Below, piece by piece: positions 23,901 through 37,900 of a DNA stretch of 64,000 bases. The notes beneath the pieces were generated by a model, which saw nothing but the letters and a program-made list of their open reading frames with translations, was not told the DNA's origin and made no database searches. The DNA lies in contig OX597840.1 of NCBI GenBank assembly GCA_951406725.2, positions 26,102,001-26,166,000 on the forward strand. The letters are read 5' to 3'. How positions within the stretch are numbered: the first letter of the stretch is position 1; the number at the start of each line of letters is the position of its first letter. A program made the position numbers and the translations under genes. This stretch comes from Octopus vulgaris (lineage: Eukaryota).

Positions 23901-24639
23901 AAAAATTATTTCACACCAAAGTACAAACGGGTCCTTTATGAAAAAGAAAGGACGGGTCGTTTGAAGCTTTCTATCCCCTGTAAAGAACCAGGTCATCCTC
24001 GCAATTTCGGCTGATTAATCTTGAGATTGCTCCAATCTGGCCAGCCCCAAGGAAAAAGTAAGCTAAGAGCATCAGATTCCTTGGAAGAAAGCATGGAATC
24101 TATACGAAAATAAGGACGGAAAAACAGACGATGTTACACAAGTATAAATACAAAATACAATAAAAATATTAATAATAATAACAGGACATAACAACAGGTG
24201 TCTTTCGACTGGGGACGAATTGAATTCAGCTGGTGTGTGTGGAAATGAAGCCTTACGGTAGAGATACAGAGCTTTCACCAACACAGGGAAGAATATCGAT
24301 GTTGCACTGACCGTGGTCAGACGCAAAAAGAGGGTTAGCAGTCTGGCCTATCAGTCACGTGGGAAGAGAAGAGAAAGAAAAAGAGGAACAAAAGAATTAA
24401 GGAGGGGAAAGAGAGAGAGTTGTAGGTTTGTTCGACTACAAGTGGTGCTCCAGCATGGCCGCAGTCGAATGACTGAAACAAAAGTAAAAGTACCCTATGA
24501 ATTACCGTGTGAAGAATACAGATTCACAAATATTTGACAACACGTGTTGCCATGCTCAAAATGATAGCTTCCAAACCCTGTTTTGTGAATGAGTAAACAT
24601 AATCGAACTTTAAGCCATTGTAACTTAAAAACAACTTTC

Positions 24640-24978
24640 GGATCTTTTCGGTTTGAATGGCAGTTTTTTCTAGCGGTGTCATATGAAATTGTCACCCATA
24701 ATTATGACCCTAGTATCGATCTATTGCATTTCAATCTATTTTAGGGTTGGGGTTAGGGGAAAGGGTATCTTTTTTCTTCAGAAATGTAAATAAACCCAAT
24801 CTGTTTCTTAAACGAGGGACATATTCATAAGGCACATAATGTTTTCACCTCAATAGACATCATTGATTGGTTGAAATTGCAGAAATTGAAGGGTAAAAAG
24901 TGTTTGGTTACGAAGTTTAAAAGTGTTTGGTTACCTAGAAATTATTTTTAAAAACTGCCGTTCAAACCAAAATGATCG
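24640..24978. mobile_element. MITE (paralogue of 7081-7479) with an internal deletion
   Basis: TIRs ggatcttttcggtttgaatggcagtttt / aaaactgccgttcaaaccaaaatgatc, with internal ttagggttggggttaggg. Confidence 0.7.
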
Positions 24979-25460
24979 CAACTTTCTGTGGAAGAAGCAA
25001 ATTAACTGATGAAATTCTGCCTAGAAAATTATATGAATCCCTCAAATATTAAAATTATCAGATCTTTTTGGTTTGAATGGCTGTTTTTTAACATAATTTC
25101 TAGGTAACTAAAAAATTTTAAACTTCGTATACTGGTAGAATGTGTTTATAAAACATCATTTTCTCTTTCTACATGGATCCACCTTACTCACCAACACTTC
25201 TCCTTCCACTCGACTCACTATCACCTTTCTCTCCCCAAGGTTTACCTTCAAGCCCTTGCTTTCAAATGCCTCCTTCCATTTCCAAAACTTCTCTCTCATC
25301 AGAACAAAGTCATCTGCATACAGTATCTCCATTTACGGTCTCTTTCTTGCACTCTCCTTCTCCACATCAACCACTAGTGCAAACGACAATGGTGACAACA
25401 CAGATCCCTGATGCACACCAACTTTCACCACAAACAAGCTGGTTACTATATATAGATATA

Positions 25461-25936
25461 CCATAAATCCTCGAGTATAACACCTAAACCTAAACATTGT
25501 GTATAATACACACCTCTTCTCTAACTTGAGCCGTGCGTCATTAAGCCAGCAGCACCTAGTCAAACAAACACTTCCACGCATGCGTAATACAATAATGGTG
25601 ATGTTTTTAACTGTTATATGGGAATGTAAATATGTTTGCAAATTGTTTTTGTTACATGTTATTCTGTGTTCTGAATACTTTTATTTTAATATATGTTGCT
25701 TATTGCAAGTTATGGATGATTATTTTATGACTTCATTGCTTTCAGGCTTAGCTGAAGGTATTTTCGCGCCTGACAGCACAAAATGCGTCTGAACAAACAT
25801 TGCCTGACAGCAAAATAGAGACTCGGACATTGCTTAGAAAATATTTTTCATTTTTAACCTTGTATATAGTACGCACTAGGGATTTTGACCAATAAATTTT
25901 AGGAAAAGAATGCGGATTATACTCGAGGATTTACGG
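25461..25936. mobile_element. pogo/Tigger-like MITE
   Basis: TA-ccataaatcctcgagtataa ... ttatactcgaggatttacgg-TA. Confidence 0.75.
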
Positions 25937-26725
25937 TATACATATATATTATTTTTGTGGGCGGTTTGGATGATATTTTTTGCAGAGTAATTACATAACA
26001 CATAAGGACAGTGGAGAAAAGTTTGGTATTATTTATTCAGCATTACATGTGTTTCATTTCCTAATAGGAATTACAAACTATTAGATGTGTAGAGAACCTA
26101 TAAGGTATTTCCTATAAGAAAATCTTCAGACATACATAAGTGTGTGTGTGTGTGCACCCTTGTCCAGATATTATGTGGTGTTCATAAATGGCCATCATGA
26201 CCGTCATACTTCTGTAGTTGTTCATTTCCAGTCCTCTGTGTAAAATATGTCTCACCAGGGAAAATATTTCCTTGCTTGGAAACAGGGAAGGTATCAATGA
26301 ATTCAATCTGATCCATAGAAGAATGTAAAAGTGAATGTTAAATGATGAGCATCATCATCATCGTAGTGATATGGTTCCTCTTCTGTTTGAATTCATTTAT
26401 GTTATAATTGATCATTATCAGATATCTTAGGGTATGGCATATCCTTCATATTAACAGGACTGTGTATTATTAATTCACCATTTTGAAAGTATGATTCAGG
26501 TTTAACATCACAGTGATATGTTTTCCTTCCTCTGTCAATGCTCTTTTGATTCAATAATGGATGATTTCATGTCAAAGATTTACCATAGATGTCACATTCA
26601 TATAGTTTCTATATTCTGTGGATGTCTTTATAAGATACGTCCTTTGTCCTTTTGAGGAAATGTTATACAACAAATATCACTGTGTTATGGACCCACTTCA
26701 TAAGGAAAGACTTCTGTTTAAATCA

Positions 26726-28084
<1,359 letters not shown>

Positions 28085-28652
28085 TCAAGTTGTAAAGATC
28101 AACAACTTTTCAATACTAATTCTCCTCTCACCAAAATTTATGGATATTTTTCTTCTTTTTGCTTTTATAGTTTATTCCAAACAAATATCACTTCTCTTAT
28201 ATTTCTTCTAAATGTGATCAATGCCAATATTTAAAAATGTTGCAAATACTCTTTGGAAATCTATCAAAGTATATTTAAAAGAGAAAATTATCTCTTGCAC
28301 ATTTCAGACACAGAACTAAAGAAATGCTTTCTCTCTCAGAGGAAATATTTTACTGTAACTCAGCAATGTTTTCTAGAAGCAGGATTATACGTTTGTAGAA
28401 TATCTTTGCAGAGTCTTTCAAACATGATACATATTGATGATTCTTTAAAAGTAAAAATTACTTTTTAGCCAATTTCATGTGATTTTCTGAAAGAATAGAA
28501 AAAATAATATAAGACATCAAGTATTTTTAAAAGTGTTCAAAAGTTCAAATTTACGACATTTCTGTTTTCATAAATTGTAGAAGTAATCCTTTATCTGGAC
28601 CATTAAATTTATCCCATCTCTCTGTTTTCAAGAAGTTTATATCAGGGAGTAG

Positions 28653-28921
28653 AACACACTGTTGTTCCTTCTCGAGCCATGCCAGGCTCATAAGAGCCTC
28701 CTTCCTTGGCTTATAGGTTCTCCACCTGGATGGGACGATAGTCCGTCGCAGGTAAGTTGCAAGATGCAGGAGGAAAGAGTGAGAAAGTTGCAGCGAAAGA
28801 GTCAGCAGAAGTTTCACCATTACCTTCTGCTGGAGCTTAGGTGTTTCGCTCAGTCTGAGATTCGAACCTGCGATCACTCGACTGCGAGTCCACTGCTCTA
28901 ACCACTAGACCATATGCCTAC
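28653..28921 (-). mobile_element. tRNA-derived SINE in the G4 intron
   Basis: Minus-strand head ggcatatggtctagtggttagagcagtggactcgcagtcg...ggttcgaatctc (A and B boxes). Homology to paralogous introns breaks at 28652. Confidence 0.7.
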
Positions 28922-29293
28922 ACCAGACGACACTGTTATAAACCCAAACTCGAATACCAAAGTTTAAAAGGCTTCAATTGACTGAAAAATACAGCAATAT
29001 ACAATACAAAGATTGCTAAATTGTAAGCAAAACGAAACTTTAACGCAATAATATTTTTATGCAGCGAGTTGCTACATTCCAGACTCCCTAAAACCAAAGT
29101 TGAACATGATGTCTGCAAAACAGAACAGAACTCCGTGCAGTTGTCGTGCAGCCATATAACAGCAGCAACCAAAATCACGTGATGAAAACCCAAATCCCAA
29201 TACACACTTAAAACCATTCTCAAAGACTTTTGATTATTATTATTATTTTAATGGACATAAAAATGTTTATAATGCTTCAAGCACAAAAATTGA

Positions 29294-29706
29294 GGGATCT
29301 TTTTGGTTTGAACGGCAGTTTTTAAAAATAATTTCCTCGTAACTAAACACTTTTAAATTTCGTATACTGGTAGAATGTGTTTATAAAACATCTTTTTCTC
29401 TTGGCTCTATTGAGAAAATTCTATAGTTTGTATGATATTTGTTGTTGTTTTTCTTCAATTTCTGCAATTTCAACCAATCACTGACGTCTATTGAGGTAAA
29501 AAAAAATCATTCTGTGCCATATGAATATGTCCCCCGTTTAAGAAACAGATTGGGTTTATTTACATTTCTGAAGAAAAAAAGATAACCTTCCCCCCACCCC
29601 TAACCCTAAAAGAGATTGAACTGCAATAGATCGATACTAGGGTCATAATTATGGGTGACAATTTCGTATGACACCGCTAGAGAAAAACTGCCGTTCAAAC
29701 CGAAAA
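29294..29706. mobile_element. MITE with TIRs, independent insertion in the G4 intron
   Basis: tttggtttgaacggcagttttt ... aaaaactgccgttcaaaccgaaaa. The paralogous sites at about 35443 and 60065 are empty. Confidence 0.8.
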
Positions 29707-30015
29707 CTTATTAGTGACTGATTTGAGTAAACTAAATTTCACAACGCGATAAATTTTAAACAATGGCTAATTAGCCTTTATTTTATATGTCGTGTTGATT
29801 TTTTTTCTATATCTTCACAACGAATGTTCGAGTAAAAGATTATATAAACGGATTTTTATATTTATTTTTGGTCAAATTAGGTACTTTCTGCTGTTTCAAT
29901 TCAAAGCCCTTTCATTTCGTCTGTATACGATATTGCCTTTTCGTTTCAGTATTTCAAGTGCACAATCGTACTTTTATACATTCCCCATCTTTTCTTACAA
30001 ATTACATCGTAATTT

Positions 30016-30210
30016 CGAAGATGTACTCGCATAGCAAGTGATTTGATCTGAGATCGTGTGTTGGAACGAAAACAATTGCAGCGTGGAAGGTGTTTGTAAG
30101 CCATTTAAGAAACACACAAAAGCCGTTCGATTCACTTCAACATTTAAGTTTAATTTGTCAAAATATTTTCGTCGCTATAAGACCGCGACCTCTTCACTGA
30201 CAAAAATCCG
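30016..30210 (-). mobile_element. Repeat fragment carrying a hammerhead-like motif (possible Penelope-like terminal repeat)
   Basis: Interrupts paralogous intron homology. Minus strand reads tttgtca-GTGAAGA-g-gtcgc..gcgac-GAAA-atattt-tgacaaa. Confidence 0.4.
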
Positions 30211-30805
30211 TATCCGCATTTAACTAAATTGTCCAATTTACAAGTCAAAAAGAAAGAGGAATTTTATCTGAACGAGGTATTAATCTGACATTAAGAGATA
30301 TAGGAAGTGACGGCGATCCGGAAGGCGTAGACACAAATGCGATGAAATATCTAAAAGAGAAGGGATAACACAATGATACTTACTCTTTCCAACGAACGTT
30401 ACTTCATATTTTGCAGATCGACATAATAAAAATGCTGAAACTGTTTCTTTAGACATTCTATTACCAATCATTTGTATATTTTCGATTGGGTTTCCTCTTA
30501 AATATCAGTTTGAAAGTGAAAGTGATCAAACAATCAAGGTGCGCGAGAAAAAGGAGGAAGAAATGAAATTAGGAAGAGTTAACAAGGGGAGTTAACTCTT
30601 GTCTTTAAATATTAACGGCTTTACTGATATGTATTTGAGTAGCAGTGTAGCCCGGCGTTGCTCGGTTTTAAGTTAGGATCGTTAAGTGATGAAGCGATTT
30701 ACTTCAAACCGAAATAAGTGACAATGACATCACATTCGAGCGAAATCTGCCGAAATTGGCAAAAACCATAAGGAATCAGTTTATCGATTATCTCCACTCA
30801 TCGAT

Positions 30806-31076
30806 TATAATAATAATAATGAAATTATTGTATACAGTGCTCAGGTGCACCACAACTTGTCAGAAAGTGCGTATAAAGTATATGCAGCAATGTAAAAAGT
30901 CTAGAAAGCGAACAGTGTATGAGTCAGATACATGCTTGCGTGTGTATGGAGGGGAGAAAATCAGGTGTAGTGTTGGCGAATGTCAGGAAGCATGGAAGTT
31001 TTGAAGGATGCAGTGCTCCGACAACTAACAACTGATGCCGGCAGTCTGTTCCATGCTTCAGCAACTCTCAGCGTGA
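30806..31076 (-). mobile_element. CR1-clade LINE 3' end
   Basis: Minus strand encodes TLRVAEAWNRLPASVVSCRSTASFK, resembling the CR1 ORF2 C-terminal WNxLP motif, followed by a UTR and an (ATT)n tail. Confidence 0.7.
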
Positions 31077-32919
31077 TTGTTTTTTTCTTTTTTTTTTTTG
31101 AGAACTTAAAGCATTCAATGAGTCCTAAGTCTATCATTTGTCACTCTTATTCATGACATATTCCATCTCCGTTACGTTCGTATGAATAAACTAGGGTATG
31201 CCAGCACCATAATCATTTGTGCATTTCTACGGCATCAAAGTTTTTCCATCCTGTTTTCCTGAATTTTTGTGCCCCCCTCCCCCTCCAATTTCTTCCCTTT
31301 TCACTTTTTTCGTAACCCTAAACCTAAGACCCCAATCTTAATTGTAACCTTAAGAACCTAATCCTAAGTAGAAAAATTGTTGTAAAGTTCCTTACAGGTA
31401 AAACCAGTAAAAACGCCCGAACGATGTCATAAATAACAGTGGCAGACAAAATATACACTGCTGATAGTTGGTAACAACACCAGTAATTTTCTTCAGCTGA
31501 ATACATGTCACTGATTGGTTGAAATTACCGAAATATGGCAACTTTAACACGAAATAATTTCGAAAAAAGAATAATTGCAAAGAAGTACAAGTGTTGAGTG
31601 ATGGTCTCTATAAAAAAAGAGAAATCCCTTTTCGCAATCAACTCACCACCACCATCATCATCATCTCTCTCTCTCTGTGTTCCTTCCTTTAATATCAACA
31701 TCAGAACATCACCCCTCTGCTAAGATTATATTTCTAACTCTTCTCTATATCACAACCTTCAGCTAGCTTTTTTAACCATAAAATAACTATTACAATCCCC
31801 CTATCACATGTCATGCTTGCTTCTTTCTTAGTCTTTTTGTCTCTCCCTTTCCTTTCTTTCTCTATTTGCCTCGCTCTTTGTCTTATCATCTTTTCTCTCT
31901 CTACCCCCTTTTCTCTAATAACATGAAAGTGTTACTGACGAGCTAAGTAACAGAATGAGAAGCAGAATTATTATAAGATCACCTTACTTTATTTCTCCCT
32001 CCCTTTTCTCCACTTCTGTCCCCACCCCTCATTTATTCCACTAATCTAATGAAAGCATAACAGCTGTACAAACAAGCTGGTTATTATATATGTACATAAA
32101 TATTATTTTTGTCTGAGGTTTGGATAATATTTTTTGCAGAGTAATTACATATCACATAAGAAGACTGGAAAACAGTTTGATAGTATTTATTCAGCATTAC
32201 ATGTGTTTCATTACCTAATAGGAATTACAAACTTTTAGACAAAGAGAAAACATGTAAAATATCTCCTATAAGAAATTCTTCATACATACATATATACACG
32301 TGTGTGAGTGTGTGTGTGTATGCGCAAGTGAGTGTATCCTTGTCCAGATATTATGTGATGTCCGTAAATGGCCATCATGACCGTCATACTTGTGCAGTTG
32401 TTCATTTCCAGTCCTCTGCGTAAAATATGTTTCACCAGGGAAAATATTTCCTTGCTTGGAAACAGGTGAAGATTGGTGACAAGAAAGGGTACCCAGCCCA
32501 GGAAAATCTCCATCAATGAATTCCATCTGATCCATTGGAGCATGGAAAAGCGAATTTTAAATGATGATGATTATCATCTTTGTAGTGATATGGTTCCTCT
32601 TCTGTATGAATGCAGTTATGTTTTAATAATTGTTCATTTTCATAGATTGACTTAGCACAAATGTCTTAGGGTATGGTTTTATCTTTCATATTAATATGAC
32701 TGTGTATAATTCTTCATTTTCATAGAATGATTAAGCACTGCTATCACAGTGATATGTTTTCCTTCCTCTGTCAATGCTCTTTTGATTCGTTAATGGATCA
32801 TTTCAGATGAAAGGCTTACCATTGATATCACATTGATATAGTTTCTTTCTTGTGTAGAGGGTTTTATGAGATACAAACTTGTCCTTCTGAAGGAATGTTA
32901 TACAACCAATGTCACTGTG

Positions 32920-34041
32920 TTATGGATCAACTTCATAACGAATACACTTGTGTTTAATTGAGTGATGTTTTTGTGAGAATGATTTACCACAGATGTCACA
33001 GCAATATGGTTCCTCACCTGTATGAATACGCTTGTGTTTGGTTAAGCTACTGCTAACAGAGAATGATTTACCACAGATATCACAGTGGTATGGTTTCTCC
33101 CCTGTATGAATACGTGTATGTTGAGTTAAGTGACTGCTAACAGTGAATGATTTACCACAGATATCACAGTGATATGGTTTCTCCCCTGTATGAATACGTT
33201 TATGTTTAGTTAAGCTACTGCCATCAGAGCATGACTCACCACAGATATCACAGTGGTATGGTTTGTCCCCTGTATGAGTACGCTTGTGAATAGCTAAGCT
33301 ATGAGCACGAGAGAATGATCTACCGCAGATATCACAGTGATATGGTTTGTCTCCTGTATGAATACGCTTGTGAGTAGTTAAGCTATGAGCATGAGAGAAT
33401 GATCTACCGCAGATATCACAGTGATATGGTTTGTCTCCTGTATGAATACGCTTGTGAGTAGTTAAGCTATGAGCATAAGAGAATGATTTACCGCAGATAT
33501 CACAGTGATATGGTTTGTCTCCCGTATGAATACGCTTGTGAATAGTTAAGCTATGAGCACAAGAGAATGATTTACCGCAGATATCACAGTGATATGGTTT
33601 GTCTCCCGTATGAATACGTTTGTGTTTAATTAAGGTAGTGCTATCGGAAAATGATTTACCACAGATTTCACAGTGATATGGTTTGTCCCCTGTATGAATA
33701 CGCTTGTGTTTGGTTAAGCTACTGCCATCAGAGAATGATTTACCACAGATATCACAGTGATATGGTTTCTCCCCTGTATGAATACGTGTATGTCGAATTA
33801 AGTGACTGTGATGTGAGAATGATGTACCACAGATGCTACAGCTATATGGTTTCTCCCCTGTATGAATACGCTTGTGTTTGGTTAAGCTACTGCGAACAGA
33901 GAATGATTTACCACAGATATCACAGGGATATGGTTGTTCCCCTGTATGAATTTGTTTGTGTTGATTGAATTTACTTTCTTCTAAGAATGACTCTCTGCAG
34001 ATGTCACAGTCATATGATGATTCTCTTAATTCTTCCGACAT
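32920..34041 (-). CDS. G5: C2H2 zinc-finger protein, 12 fingers plus 1 degenerate, alpha/B type
   Basis: 373-aa ORF with an MSEELRESS start, TGDKPY linkers in the middle and a B-type end (YEVDP). Confidence 0.92.
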   Translation of the reverse strand: MSEELRESSYDCDICRESFLEESKFNQHKQIHTGEQPYPCDICGKSFSVRSSLTKHKRIHTGEKPYSCSICGTSFSHHSHLIRHTRIHTGEKPYHCDICGKSFSDGSSLTKHKRIHTGDKPYHCEICGKSFSDSTTLIKHKRIHTGDKPYHCDICGKSFSCAHSLTIHKRIHTGDKPYHCDICGKSFSYAHSLTTHKRIHTGDKPYHCDICGRSFSHAHSLTTHKRIHTGDKPYHCDICGRSFSRAHSLAIHKRTHTGDKPYHCDICGESCSDGSSLTKHKRIHTGEKPYHCDICGKSFTVSSHLTQHTRIHTGEKPYHCDICGKSFSVSSSLTKHKRIHTGEEPYCCDICGKSFSQKHHSIKHKCIRYEVDP

Positions 34042-34739
34042 CTCTTCAAGAAGAATAAAATCTATCTTTCAAGTTGTACAGATTAACAACTTTTCAATAC
34101 TAATTCTCCTCTCACCAAAATATATGGATATTTTTCTTCTTTTTGCTTTTATAGTTTATTCCAAACAAATATCACTTCTTTTATATTTCTTCTAAATGAG
34201 ATCAATGCCAATATTTAAAAATGCTGCAAATACTTTTTCGAAATCTATCAAAGTATATTTAAAAGAGAAAATTATCTCTTGCACATTTCAGAAGTAAAGA
34301 AATGTTTTCTCTCTCAGAGGAAATATTTTACTGTAATTCAGCAATGTTTTATAGAAGCAGGATTATACGTTTATAGAATATCTTTGCAGAGTCTTTCAAA
34401 CATGATTCATATTGATGATTCTTTAAAAGTAAAAATTACTTTTTAGCCAATTTCATGTGATTTTCTGAAAGAATAGAAAAAATAATATAAGACATCAAGT
34501 ATGTTTAAAAGGCAGATATTCAAAAGTGCAAATTTATGACATTTCTGTTTTCATAAATTGTAGAAGCAATCCTTTATCTGAACTACTAAACTTATCCCAT
34601 CTCACTATTTTCAAGAAGTTTATATCAGGGAGTAGACACAAGTATTATAATAACATCTCCTGGACATTAAGTCTGTCCTAGACACACACACATACCAATA
34701 TACATGTCAATGACACTAGATATCTAATGTTTTCATCTG

Positions 34740-34985
34740 AAGGGGGTTTTCTCCAGTGTCTGAGTATGCTTGGGTCTAGTTAGGCAAATACTAACAGAGA
34801 ATGATTCACCACTGATGTCACAGTGATATGGCTTCTCCCCTCCATGAACTCTTGTGTGAGTAGTGAAGTTACCTCTTTGATAGAATTACTTGCCACAGAT
34901 ATTACAGTGATCTGGTTTCTCCTCTAAATTAATACGTTCGTGTTGCATTAAGCTGGTGCCACTGTAGCAGATTCCAAACTACCTT
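34740..34985 (-). pseudogene. Decayed zinc-finger fragment inside the G5 intron
   Basis: About 2.5 degenerate fingers (gaggagaaaccagatcactgtaatatctgtggcaag...). Copy at 60545-60775 (+). Confidence 0.7.
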
Positions 34986-37900
34986 TCATTTGCACTCTTT
35001 CAGTTGGTGAAGCTAAATCGCCCTTATATCAAACACTTTCTCCTCTGAAAAGGTAAAATTGTTTTTCTTAACCAAAAGGGTTTCTCCCCTGTTTTTTGAG
35101 TGCCAGAATTAGTCTGGAGAAAAGAAGGGCCAAAATCGGTCTAGAGTGTGTTTGTGGAGGGGAGTTTGTTGAAAAGAGTGAACTAACTCAAAGGTAACCC
35201 ATGCTGTATGCAGTCACTTTGCATGCTAGAAATAGCAGGGATTTATTATGTTCTTTCTTTAAACGACATAATGACTTAATTAAGATAATGTTTCCTCTTA
35301 ATTCGGTTTTGTATTTCCTAATTATAAAAATGTGAAACCAAACTTAAAACCATTCTCAGTGACTTTTGATTATTATTATTATTATAATATCCATATATTT
35401 TAATGGACATAAAAATGTTTATAATGCTTCAAGCATGAAAATTAAATTATTGGTGACTGATTTGAGTAAACTAAATTTCACAAGGCGATAGTTTTTAAAC
35501 AATGGAGATCAGCCTTCATTTTATATGTCGAGTTGATATTTTTTTAATATATTTACAACTAAGTTTCGAGTAAAAGATTATATAAACGGATTTTTATATT
35601 TGTTTTTGGTGAAATTAGGTACTTTCTAGTGTTTCAATTCAAAGCCCTTTCATTTCGTCTGTAAACGATATTGCCTTTTCGTTTCAGCAATTCAAGTGCA
35701 CAATCGTACTTTTATACATTCCCCATATTTTCTTACAAATAACAGCCTTACTTTCATATAATTTCTTCTTTGTTTGGTTAGATTCTTTCTTTTGACTTAT
35801 TCAACACAAGGAAACAAACAGACGTACGTAATATGATACTTAATACAATAGAAATGTCTTTATAATACTTACATAGTAATTGATATAAAGAGAGAGTCAA
35901 CGAGTCAGGACATTACATGTGTTTCATTTCCTAATAGGAATCACAAACATTTACACGTAGAGAAAACATTTAAGATATTTCCTATAAGAAATTCTTCAGA
36001 CATACACATGTATCTGTGCGTGTTCCTTTGCCTAGATATTATGTGATGTTCGTAAAGGGCCATCATGACCGTCATACTTGTGCAGTTGTTCACTTCTAGC
36101 CTTCTGCATAAAATATGTCTCACCAGAGAAAATATTTCCTTGCTTGGAAACAGGTGAAGATTGGTCACAAGAAAGGGACCCAGATGTAGAAAATCTCCAT
36201 CAGTGAATTCCATCTGATCCACAGAAGCAAGAATAGGAGAATTTTAAATGATGAGGATCATCATCATCGTGGTTCCTCTTCTGTATCAATGCATTTACAT
36301 TTCAATAATTGATCATTTTCGTAGATTGATTTAGCACGAATAGCTTAGGTTACAGTTATATCTTTCATATTAATAGGACTGTGTACAAACAATTCACCAT
36401 TTTGAAAGAATGATTCAGGTTTAACATCAAAGTGATATGTTTTCCTTCCTCTGTCAATGTTCTTTTGATTCAATAATGGATAATTTCAAATTCTCGTACG
36501 CAAAAATTTCTGAAAATTCCCCAAAATAAAAATATGTGACGAGGGATTATATTAGGTGCTTAAAGCAGCACTCCACACACACAAAAATTAAATAAATTAG
36601 AAAAACATATTAATTCTAAATTTTAATGATGCAGAAGAACCACCAGAAATAAAGACTTCCTATCTCTCAAATAAAAGCCGTTCCATTTCCTCTCGTTACG
36701 ATATTTGCTTTTCGTTTCAGTATTTCAAGTGCACACTCGTATTTTTATACATACCCCATTTCTTATAAAGACAAGACACGTAATTCTTCCTAATTTTGTT
36801 GCTCCGTATGCATGTGTATTGCTTCCGACTTTACAACTGATATTGAAGAGAAAATCTAATTAAATAGACACGTGATTGGTAATTAAGTGTCTAAAGAAAC
36901 AAATGCAGCATTTTTTTATATTATGTTGACCTGTTAAATATGAATATTCGTCGTAAAAATTCTCTTGAAGCTGTCACTGTCCACTCTAACTTTTCCCTGA
37001 TTCAACATATTCTCATATTTTCATCGTTGACTCTCTCTGAATATATATTACTATGTAAGTATATTTCTATTGTATATGTATCATATTACGTACGTCTGTT
37101 TGTTTCGATGTGTTGAGTAAGTTACAAGAAAGAATCTCACTAAACAAAGACGAAATAGCGGAGGTAAAGGGCATGGACCGCACCTACCTTTCTTTAATTT
37201 TTTGGCGATGGAAACCCACTTTTTCAACTTCGGTGAGGCTGTTCTTTCAATACTTCCGTTGTGTTCTCCTTTACATTCAGATATTTCATTGCATCTTTCC
37301 TTATTTCCTATATTATTTGTTAACGTCCGATGGATACCTTGTGTAGATAACTTTTCTCTTTCTTCCTCACATGTAAATTCCGCGGGAAAATTACGATGTA
37401 ATTTATAAGACATGCGGAATGTATAAAAATACGAGTGTGCACTTGAAATACTGAAACGAAAAGTAAATATTGTATACAGAAGAAATGGAACGGATTTTAT
37501 TTAAAACCTAGGAAGTCTTTATTTCCGAAGGTTCTTCTCCATCATTACAACTTACAATTAATATCTATTTTTCAAAGGAATCTTTCTTTAAGCACCCAAT
37601 GTAACCGCTTATCACATATTTTTATTTTGGGGGAATTTTCAGAAAATGTCTGCGTATTTCTGCTGTACATGCAAGGATTCAAACGGTTATGAAACCAACA
37701 AAGAAGGGAAAAAACCGATTGAAGAGCAGTTTAGCTGTTATTTATCGCGCACCCCACGACCACCTGATACCTTCCGAGTTTCTTTCTCACTCTTACGTGC
37801 TAATGTTTTTCGATATCTTTTTTCACATAAACACATTCCATGGTCCGTTGTTCGGATTTAAGGCATTATATATGAATTGCACTCTGTTTTTTTTTATGTT

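Noticed and set aside
30640-30670. Possible Helitron/Helentron terminus (agcagtgtagcccggcgttgctcgg)
   Set aside because: Too short, and no matching other end could be identified by eye.
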